A stretch of 64,000 nucleotides of DNA from Trichoplax sp. H2. Taxonomy: Eukaryota. Each line of letters begins with the position of its first letter. Within the stretch, counting starts at the first letter, position 1. Both the position numbers and the translations under genes were made by a program. Below the pieces are notes generated by a model. It was not told the origin of the DNA. It worked only from the letters and a program-made list of their open reading frames with translations, and searched no databases. This document shows positions 32,801 through 46,800 of this stretch, in pieces. Where the stretch lies: assembly GCA_003344405.1 (NCBI GenBank), contig NOWV01000010.1, positions 124,001 to 188,000 on the forward strand. The letters run 5' to 3'.

Positions 32801-34608
32801 TCAACCAACTGAAAAAGTGCCGGTATTAGATCTTGCCACTCAGCAAACCCATCGTTTCGAGCAACTGCAGTTATCAAAATAGCAACTATTGCCCTAATCA
32901 AAGGCGAAGGGTCACCAATCGTATGCAGGCACTCATACTTTATCAGTTGCCTTACGTTCTCTGGAAATTTTTCATAATGTGATTTAACGTTGTTTTTAAG
33001 AATTAATCCAGCTAATGAACGAGTATGATCATCTATAACAGTAGAACGTATAAAAGATTTTTATTAGTTTTATTCTATTTATGCTTGTCGTTATACTGCA
33101 ATATTAGATTGTTGATACAAACATTACAGTTTCCATCTACGTATATATTTACTATATCGAGTACTAAGAGTAATTAATCAACGTCGACACTGCTACTGAA
33201 GCTAACCTCTTCAAGCTAAGCTATATCAGATGCAGTGAAATGAGCAATTTTACGAATAACAATACCATAAATGATATAACTAACCTTCTGTTGTCATCTT
33301 AGTTAGTACAAATACCAAATAATTGTTGAAATCCGGATAACAACTTAAACTTTCTAATTTCTAATATTGCCGAATAATTGCAATTTGCATACTTAGTTAA
33401 GAAATTTACATCAAAGCCTCCGTTACACTCTCAATTCTGATGCGAAACGTAAACAATAATTAGCAAAAAAGCGTCATATCATAAATTTAACCCAACTAGC
33501 TAGTAAATCAGGCAGTCAGGGCGATGCTGTCAAGAGAGAATGATCCTATCTTAAAAATACGCCTTTACGATTACGTAAGGTAACATAATCTTGATACGTT
33601 AGATACTGCGAAATAAGTGGAATTGCTACAGTACCTTGTACAGGGCAAGATCATCACATAAGAACTCACATTTAGCACAGTATAAACAAATTTGATGCGG
33701 GTATGAATAGTGAACCTTCTACTAATCAACTAGTAACGTGATAACGAGTGGTAAACTGGCATCAAAAAGATTTGATTATACTAGTTTATGAGATTACTGT
33801 ACACAACTCTTTGAGATTTTACGCAACAGTATTACCTTGCACATGGCAATCGTCCAATTAGTATACAGTATATATACATACATACATACATACATACAAA
33901 TACACACATATTGTACTGATCTTTTTAGTCTTGTTAGCGATAAATTATAAGATACAGTTCGTACTTTTAATCCAACTCAATACTACAGTAAAATGTACAC
34001 GTGCGGTTTAAACATGCATTGTCGCCTTTATACAGTACAGGAAGGAGCAAAACTATAATAACTTTTATGATTGAATCAAACTAAGATTTGGTGCCATAAT
34101 TCATGACTACAGTCTACTCAACAAGCAAACGTTACATCTCAATATTCCATAGAAAGATTTAAACTGTCGTACCTACAGTTTAAAACTTTCAATTGCTAGA
34201 TTACAGAAATATGTGTGGTATCTTTTACGGATCATTAAAACTTAGAACGCAATGATGCAGTTAAAAGGTATCAAATTCTAAAGACTACAGTACTGTACAT
34301 CCAAGCACAACTATCAATAGCAATCAGGTTGTTCAACATTGATTATAAATACTAGAATCAACAAGTAAAATTGCACGAACTATCCACTTTTTATCATTAT
34401 GTATCAAGAATAACGGGTTAATATTATACCAACATAAATACAGACAATATAAATTTGAATTTCGATCATTGGAATCTAGAAATGCCATCGCAGATTGCAT
34501 CAAGGATACGTTCTGTACAAGAGTTTGAATTCCCGTATTAGGGCTTTGACATTCCTTAAGAAGTTGCAAAATTTGCCTTAAATCAACTTCATTCGGCTGC
34601 CACGCCAT
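26843..34608 (-). CDS. TNPO1: Transportin-1 (karyopherin beta-2)
   Basis: [42 protein letters not shown]; acidic H8 loop [13 protein letters not shown]...[30 protein letters not shown]; ends [11 protein letters not shown]. Confidence 0.96.
33361..34509 (-). other. Candidate U12-type (minor spliceosome) GT-AG intron, first coding intron of TNPO1
   Basis: Donor reads GTATCCTTG (U12 consensus RTATCCTTT). A U12-like branch sequence TTCTTAAC lies at 33403-33396, ~35 nt before the AG. Splicing gives the in-frame join ...LVQN|KLESL. Confidence 0.7.
33872..33900. repeat. (TACA)n microsatellite in TNPO1 intron
   Basis: tatacatacatacatacatacatacatac run. Confidence 0.85.
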
Positions 34609-34661
34609 ACTGTCTGAGTAAAGTGTATTAGTATACCCTAACTATTAGAAAAATATCAAGT

Positions 34662-35768
34662 CGATTCCGACTACCTGACAGCCAACACAGGTTCAAATAA
34701 TATAATTATTGAGGACAAAAAATGTGACACGATAGCGGAACGCATGAATTGGAGCGGCTAGCGAAGTTTTTATTTTTTTACTGTCTAGTACGGTACTGTA
34801 CCATGTACTGTACAGTACAGTACTCCATGATTCAGCAGTTCACAGTACACAGTACAGCACTACAGTAGATATACAGTACTGTACATTGTACGGTGCGGTG
34901 CATCCAGTAGTCCATGACTGTACAGTACTGTATGAGTTGATACTGTACTGTACAGTACAGTACTGTAAGTACTGTAGCTCCGGCTGCTAGAAGCTGATAC
35001 TGGACAGTAAATTGTACTGTACGTTACTGTACAGTACTGTAGATCCCCGCCACCATGGGAGCTAGCTAAAAAGAAAGAAACGACCAGTGCAAAACACAGT
35101 AATGTGGAGGCTTTTTATTCATTCTTGGGGTCATTCTACTACACGTACAGTATATGCTACCGATGAAACCNNNNNNNNNNNNNNNNNNNNCGATTCCGAC
35201 TACCTGACAGCCAACACAGGTTCAAATAATATAATTATTGAGGACAAAAAATGTGACACGATAGCGGAACGCATGAATTGTAGCGGCTAGCGAAGTTTTT
35301 ATTTTTTTACTGTCTAGTACGGTACTGTACCATGTACCGTACAGTACAGTACAGTACTCCATGATTCAGCAGTTCACAGTACACAGTACTGTACAGCACT
35401 ACAGTAGATATACTGTACAGTACTGTACTGTACTGTACAGTACACTGTACGGTGCATCCAGTAGTCCATGACTGTACTGTATGAGTTGATACTGTACAGT
35501 ACAGTACAGTAAGTACTGTACTGTAAGTACTGTAGCTCCGGCTGCTAGAAGCTGATACTGTACAGTAAATTGTACTGTACGTTACTGTACGTTACTGTAC
35601 TGTACTGTACTGTACTGTACAGTACAGTACAGTACTGTAGATCCCCGCCACCATGGGAGCTAGCTAAAAAGAAAGAAACGACCAGTGCAAAACACAGTAA
35701 TGTGGAGGCTTTTTATTCATTCTTGGGGTCATTCTACTACACGTACAGTATATGCTACCGATGAAACC
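34662..35768. other. Segment duplicated on either side of a 20-N gap (34662-35170 vs 35191-35768); probably two uncollapsed haplotypes
   Basis: Near-identical unique sequence, both copies ending or starting exactly at the gap 35171-35190. Differences are mostly in pentamer content. Confidence 0.85.
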
Positions 35769-37260
35769 GTATACAATCCAGTCCAAACTTAACAGGCTAA
35801 TAGTAGCTAATTTGGACGTCAATGATAGACAGTATAATGGACCGTTGCAGACATGCGATACACTTGAAATGACCAGTAAAAATAATCAGCCTCCACATCA
35901 TGAGGATACAATCATTCCTTGTCTCGTCTCTTTCTTTTAGCAGTCCCTGCCGCCACTCTATAAATAGTAAGTGGATAGTTTCAGTAATACTGTAGAGGTC
36001 AAAAATACAGTAGAAGAAAAAAAATGCTACAGTACAGTACAGTACAATACAGTACTGTTGGTTTCGTGGTTCCAACTAGTTCCGACGACAGTACAGTACA
36101 GTACAGTACAGTACTGTAGTGGTAATTGTAACAATTAAAGACTTTTTATCAAACTACAGTACAGTACATTCAGTTTACTGTACAGTACTGTACCGTACTG
36201 TACTGTACTGTACAGTACTGTAAGCTTGACAGACCAGACCCGTAAACAGTAAACGTGTTACGTGTTACTGTGTAAGGCGATTGGCCATTACATTTCAAAA
36301 TGAACGATGAAAATGAAGAANNNNNNNNNNNNNNNNNNNNCAGACATGCGATACACTTGAAATGACCAGTAAAAATAATCAGCCTCCACATCATGAGGAT
36401 ACAATCGTTCCTTGTCTCGTCTCTTTCTTTTAGCAGTCCCTGCCGCCACTCTATAAATAGTAAGAGGATAGTTTCAGCCATAGAGGTCAAAAATAGAAGA
36501 AAAAATGCTACAGTACAGTACTGTACAATACAGTACCGTACTGTTGGTTTCGTGGTTCCAACTAGTTCCGACGACAGTACAGTACTGTAGTGTTAATTGT
36601 AAAGACTTTTTATCAAACTACAGTACTACAGTACATTCAGTGTACAGTACGGTACTATACTGTACTGTACTGTACTGTACACTGTACAGTACTGTAATAA
36701 CGTTGACAGATTTTTCATTTTCATTCACTGTCACAGTACTCTACAGTACAATATTGATTTTTACTGTACAGTATGTACTGTAGCCTAGAGCTACCATAAG
36801 AAGTACTGTACTGTACTGTACAGTACTGTAAGCTTGACAGACCAGACCCGTAAACAGTAAACGTGTTACGTGTTACTGTGTAAGGCGATTGGCCATTACA
36901 TTTCAAAATGAACGATGAAAATGAAGAAGCTAATGCCGAATTGAAGGTTTACTATTTGTATCCTATATTACTGTTGATCCGTATCTTGTATTTCAGTATT
37001 CATAATAATGCCTAAATGATTGGCATTACTGTTTCTCTACTACACAATTTTGTCTTTATTATAAACTTCAGCTAGTTTATGTTTGTCTCTGCTACTCTAA
37101 TACTATCTACAGTACAGTACGGTCTTTCGCACAATTGTACACTGCAGTAGTAATACAGTTACAGTATTGCAAGCCCGCGTACGTTTCCATTTCTATTACT
37201 GTGCTGTACTACCGTATACTGGACTGTATGGGTATTTGTTTATTACTTATCTGTACTGTA
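34780..37260. repeat. Mixed CAGTA/CTGTA pentamer island in the TNPO1-YIPF1 divergent promoter, extending into YIPF1 intron 1
   Basis: Densest arrays in the window, for example 35575-35640 and 36090-36220. Confidence 0.92.
35848..36928. other. Second segment duplicated across a 20-N gap (35848-36320 vs 36341-36928); probably uncollapsed haplotypes
   Basis: Both copies start CAGACATGCGATACAC and end ATGAACGATGAAAATGAAGAA. Gap at 36321-36340. Confidence 0.85.
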
Positions 37261-40200
37261 CTTACGAGATTACTCGTACACGAATGCTGCTAAAATACAG
37301 TAACTACATCAAATCATCCACTTCTCAGTCGTAGTTATTCATGGAGAACGCATTAAAGTCTTTTGAAGCAGCTATGCAGTACCGTATTACTGAACAGTGA
37401 ACAGTATACTTGCAGAATCTGCAGACCCGATATTAGCAACAAGTATTGAGTATTTGTATTCGGTAATATTAGGTACTAGCATTTGCAAGTGAAACTGCCA
37501 ACGTGTCGATTGCTTGTAATAGAAATGCTGCGCAATTTGACTACGTAATTTACTGCTCGTCAAATACAATATACACAAATAAAGCCACTATAGTCAATGG
37601 CTAACAGCTTCCACTTTTCGATGCTTGATGAAGCCTGAAACTTGACGCTTTATCCACTACATACAGTACGTGCAATACGTTCATCAGATGCTCACTCACT
37701 TTATGGATAGTAGATTCAAGCACATTTTAAATACCAATTTCTCTGAATACACATCTTCCCATTTACGATTACAAACATTCGTACACTATAGAATCATATT
37801 GCATATACTGTATGCCGTTAATTAACTATAAAGAATTACAAAAATGCTTGAAGGAACAAGCTGTCTTGCACCAACTAAATCTGAATCTGAATACAGTACA
37901 TAGCACTGATTACTGTAGAACTTGAAAGCAGGCTGAAAACTCTACTCTACTGCATATCACGACATTAACACTGGCTATGGAACTATAGGTTCAAGATATT
38001 GTAGAGTAGTCATACAGTATGTTAATGTAAGCGTATACGTCAATATTTCACCAGCAGCTCTTGAAGTTCGTAACGAAGAAACAAATAAATAAATAAGTAT
38101 AATCCTACTACCCAGTGATGTTGTAATCCAGTAATACTATTCAGACGGACCTGATAACGTATGTGTACTGTAGTAGAATGTAGTAACTGAATATTCTTTT
38201 AATGTAATGCCCGGAAACAAATTTTTAAATATGTATCTAGACCCAGAAAGACCAAGACGACGTTTCCGTTGGTAGCTTGCAATTTCAAGGTATTTTATGC
38301 TACTTTTATAATTGAACATTCACAATGTTGGTAAAATTGAAGGAGCTAACTCTAAAAATTTGGCAATAACGACTTTTGAGAAAAAATAGTAATTTGAATG
38401 CAATCGTTTAAAAAATACGGTATGTGATTTGCTAATAACTTTATATAGAGTTTGGAAATGGAAATCCGGCGACAACTATACCATTAGATGCTGGAGAAAT
38501 TGGAGATGCAGGTCTCCAAACAAATCGTGGGGTGCCCATTTCATTTGATAGCGCTGGTAAGTCTAAAGTTTTTAAAATATAGTACGTACAGTGTGAGGTG
38601 TACTGTATAGTATACTATAGTACTGCATATTCTGGTAAATGTATAGTAGATTGATATTGCAAATCAGAAAATTTACTAACGTCAACTTCAGTATAAATTA
38701 ATCCAATGTTAATCGTATAGTATATACCACTCAGTCACTACGGCAAAGCAATCGCCAATACGTATATGTCTAGTATTTGTATGGCCTTTAAATAATATTA
38801 CACATTAATTAATTATTAAGGGTAATGTATGTGTATTCTAAATATATATGATGTTCATTATATCCCCCACTATAGATGAACAAGAGGATACAGCCTCAAA
38901 TGTAAGTTATCCCATAGACACTTTACTATACGTTATGCAACTCGTTCAGTTTGTAGCAAAGGGCAAACGCAGTACTGAGAGAATTGCATTTTATCCCATA
39001 GATCGTAGTGACAAATGTTGCATACGAAATAGCGCCTACGGTGCATATTGTATGATAAATATGTATCTGACTATGATACTATGCGAACGAAATGAGCTGA
39101 TAAAACTTGGAACGATAATATGATAAAACGAATAACTTGATGAACAGTTGAAATTCTATTCCCTATATTGTACACATATCGCTAGTAATCAAAAGTGGTT
39201 ATTACAGAAATCGATGAATACGATAGTACTATACAATTCTGTAAAGATAAACAATGATAGATCCATTCTTCTACTGAGTATCTGCCACCTAAGAGCTTTC
39301 GAAAGTTGGGAGTCATTTACAACAATTGCGAACATAATGCGTATGTCGCGTGTGTAATGTATGTCTAGTAATACGCGTTTTATTCTCGTAATTGATTTCT
39401 TCTTCTAGTTATTGACTAATAAACGAAAGAAAAATATGCCCATGTGGACCTTCGATTACTATATGCAATTCTTCGACATAACCACAACTCAGGTTTCGTT
39501 TCTTAGATAAAATAAGGGTTTTTTAATGTTTTCATTTAATTTTTCTCTTTGTTCAAAATCTCGAAAGTTTCTGTGAGCATGTTGTTAAAAGTTCGGTAAA
39601 ATTCGCTACTGACACTGCAAGCTATTTAACGTAAGGTATAGAACATAAATAAGTAACGCCTGTATTTCAGGTTTTACAGAGAATTACCGGATCTGTTATT
39701 CCATCGTTTCAAGGAAATTATTTAAGAAAATATATACGAAGTAACCCTGATTTTTATGGTCCGTTTGCAGAGATCATAAACTTTGAATCAATATGACACA
39801 ATTGCTTTTTAGCTTCTTTAAATAGTGTACCGTAATGTAATGATCATCAACTGCATTTCGTTCTTAAAGGTCCTTTTTGGATATGTGCTACACTAGTATT
39901 CACTACTGCTATCAGTGGCAATCTAGCTGATTACATCACCCATGCTGGAGATCATCAATGGACATATGACTTTCATAAAGGTTGAATATTTATATCAATC
40001 AATAATGATAATTTGCTGAGTTCCAATTGTTCTTTAAATTAAAATATTAAAATTTTAAGTATTATATGTCGTTGTTTGTTATCTTATTTGGTATTCATAA
40101 AGCAAATTACTTTTAGTTACTGCAGCTGCTGGCGCAATTTATGTCTACGCTTGGCTTTTACCAGTTTTGTTGTGGGGTTTACTCTGGTGGAGGCACGACA

Positions 40201-40947
40201 CTGTTGGAGCGAATATAACAGAAGTTGTTTGTATTTATGGCTATTCATTGTCCATTTACGTGCCGGTGTCGGTAATTAAGTTCATTAATCTTTGTAATGA
40301 AGTGAAAATATGGAAAATAATATTGTATTGAATTGTTTATATATTGATTCAAAGATTTTATGGGCTATTCCGTTCGAATGGTTAAGATGGATATTAGTTA
40401 TTCTAGCAGCTGTCTCATCAGGTATAAATCTTTATACACCTGAAATCGAAACCGCTTATAGCATCAGCACAAGTTAAAACATCTACACAGTATACATCAT
40501 ATTGTCAGATCGAGATTCCAGGTGGAATGTGAACGGAGTCCTTTAGAAATTTAAATTACACTGATTGCAATACGAATCGTTTCATTGTAGGACTTACAAT
40601 GTCGCGTGTTTAACTCGGCAAAATATTAATAGTTTTCGTTCTCCTAGGACTAGTGCTTGTATTTACGATTTGGCCTCTTTTGAAACACGAAAATCGCCAA
40701 ATGGCTACTCTAATTTCTCTAATCGTCCTGGCTTTACACGCTTTACTGGCTATCGGCTTCAAGGTCTGAAGTATACATGATTATTTTAATACCGTCCATA
40801 TGAAAGGGCATGGACCGTTGAAGTTAAGATTTACTGTTAATCCCTTTTCAGGTATATTTCTTTGGCTCCGTCGGGAAAGCTGTTTTAAATAGCACTTCTA
40901 TTGCAAGTCCTTCTACATGGACTACTCTGACGCCTATGACGCTTTAG
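36908..40947 (+). CDS. YIPF1: Yip1 domain family protein YIPF1/2
   Basis: MNDENEEANAELK|TQKDQDDVSVGSLQFQ|EFGN (exon 38241-38289); WTFDYYMQFFD; YIRSNPDFYGPFWICATLVF..ISGNL; CIYGYSLSIYVPVS; TAG 40945-40947. Confidence 0.93.
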
Positions 40948-41606
40948 TATCACAAGCATACAAAAATACATTTATATTTATGATCGTATAATTTGTTACT
41001 TTTCCTAAAATTAAATCATACCGGTCTACAACGAAATCTGTACCCGCAACACCTTCTGCGTAATGTGCAATATATACGAGGTATGCATAATACTCATATG
41101 AGGGAACGCAGTATGGCTATAACTATTGCCGGGCGTGGATTATGCAGAGAATGTATTAACATATCGCATTTACTTAATTTAACTACAGTGCCGAATCTTT
41201 ATAAACCAATTACATATTCTTTATTGCATATTATTTTGACCAGACACATCAAATTTATTAATCTAACTATATAAACATACGCGAAAATCAGTGTCACATT
41301 ACTCATATTACTAAAGTACCAATACAAGATTAATCCTAAGATCGCTGTTCCTAACGTCGGAAGAGACTGAATTGTAATAAAATTATGCGGCAATAAGTAT
41401 TAAAATGTATATCACATTCTGTATTAATTACCCAACATTGGCATTAGCCCAATAATGCCATCAAAGAATCGGTACCGTGATTGAATGGCTGTGTACTGTA
41501 TGGAATCTCCAATTATACGAGTACAATGTAACACCGCCTTTGAGTACTACTTATTCGTGACTGTAATTAAACATAATATTTAGGTGCTAGGTTTAAAGGC
41601 ATCTGT

Positions 41607-44836
<3,230 letters not shown>

Positions 44837-44939
44837 GTTACCGAGCAAAGATTAGGTAGATTGATTTAATAATGGAGAAATTGTTTTTTAATTTCAGATC
44901 AGGAACAAGTTCTTTCAGGTCTCTTTAAAAGACAGAGGC

Positions 44940-45100
44940 AGAGTACGGTGCAGTACAGACAGTAAAGTAAAGTACTTACTGAACTGTACAGTTGCTACGG
45001 ACCAGACCTTACAATACACTACAGCGACTACACCGTTGATTTTACGGCCGCTTGATCATTCGGCCACCCTTCGGATACCTTTCCTTCATACAGTACACTA
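44940..45100. repeat. Sparse CAGTA/CTGTA cluster upstream of FARSA
   Basis: Several degenerate units ~100-260 bp 5' of the FARSA ATG. Confidence 0.55.
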
Positions 45101-46800
45101 TAGCACATAGTATCTATGTAGGACTTCAAAAATGTATGGCTTAGTATAGTAATTCAGCCAATTAATCATCCGGCCACCCGCAGGATTATGGTTAGGGACA
45201 GACGGACTTTTCTTGCCCAATGAAGCCGTAAATATCGAAAAATAGCTACTCAGTATGGATCTTCTGTATCTGTTTTCTAAATCACTGGTACCAATTTAAA
45301 TAACTGTTACGATCTTATATAACTGTTTTCATGCAGAATTTAGTAATGGGTGATAAGATTCAACGTAATATTACTTTCGTAAATATTTCTTTTACGAATT
45401 TATTATCGAGAAGTCCCTGCTGTCATAACGAAGTATTCGAAACAACCTTCTGACGAAATGAAGCCGAAAAGGTCTGTCCGTCCAAGAGTGATTAATTAAT
45501 TAATCAATCCAAGTATTCTTCTTCTAGCGTTATATAGTCCTATTGTAGCAAATAAATTTTACTTTGCAAAGCTATCTGTAATAATCCCCAATGAAGTACA
45601 CTGATCTGTATACTGTATAGTGAGAAGTCTGGTATACTGTATGTATATTACTGTTATTATCAGCGCTCTCTTATGAACTGCTGTTAGAAGAGAGCGTCTT
45701 GTCCTAGTTGTCCATTACGATGGTATAATTATTTATTGATACTATCAATGCTGGAGTTTATTACCTGCATTGTCTATTGCATTTTTTCAACGATAGATGT
45801 AAAAAATGTCTTTCTTACCTATGTTTCCAAGACTAGTTTCGACTACTAATATGTCGCAACAGAACAAAATAAGCGTTTTTCTGGCTAATAGGCAATATTA
45901 ACGATTGCAACCGGAGATCATCTTCAATGAGTTAATCATGATCAAGACCGTCAAAAGCTATAATCAAGTTTACTCGGAGTCCTTTCATATAGTTTTCTTT
46001 TAATTTTTTTTTACAGACTTTAGCATTTACTGTGTAATGTAGTTACTTAACAAGATTATTCTTAAAATCTTAAAACACGCTAATATACGCTCGTATAAAT
46101 GCAATAACAATTATTATAATATTGCTATTATAAACAATTTTTATAAAGGGAAATTAATGATTTAATCGTGAAGTCTACAGCCAATATTAATAATGATCAT
46201 AAATTTAAAATTTTTCATTTGTTCTATAGCTCATGGGAGTCATTTTCGTCCATTAGAGTCAAGACAGGCATGCTGCACATAGCGACTGTGTGCAATACCA
46301 ATTTGTAAATCTGCTAGACGTCGGGACCACAACATTAAACGAACTAACGAAGGTTTACAGTGGCACTTGCTACAGTACTTAGCTCAATCATTGCTTATTA
46401 TTAAGTTAACTGCATGTACTGTATATAGCAGTTCCAAGTTTAAAGTGAAACCCGTCATTCAATAAAGTACCGTAAATTCATGCGAAATACCCATATGGTA
46501 TCAATGCAATCATTTGCGCTACATAAAATTTCTATTCTTTTCACAAAACATACCGTAAATATTCCAGTTAATTAAACGAAATAGGAAGTTGTAGTTGTAA
46601 TTCGCCGCTGAATATTAAGTGATTGTGGCAGTAACAAAATTGTATATAAATTAATTAATTAGTGACGAGTTATTCCATTTCGAAAATGATAACTTGGTGG
46701 CCATTTACAATTCGATACATATCCATATATGGTAAAATATATACATATCGCATTTAAAATATAACAAAAAAATGAATTATAATTACAAATCTATTCAAGA

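Noticed and set aside
34662-36928. True tandem duplications, including a second YIPF1 start at ~36300
   Set aside because: Each duplicate abuts a 20-N gap exactly, which is typical of unmerged overlapping contig ends or haplotypes. Not counted as real duplications.
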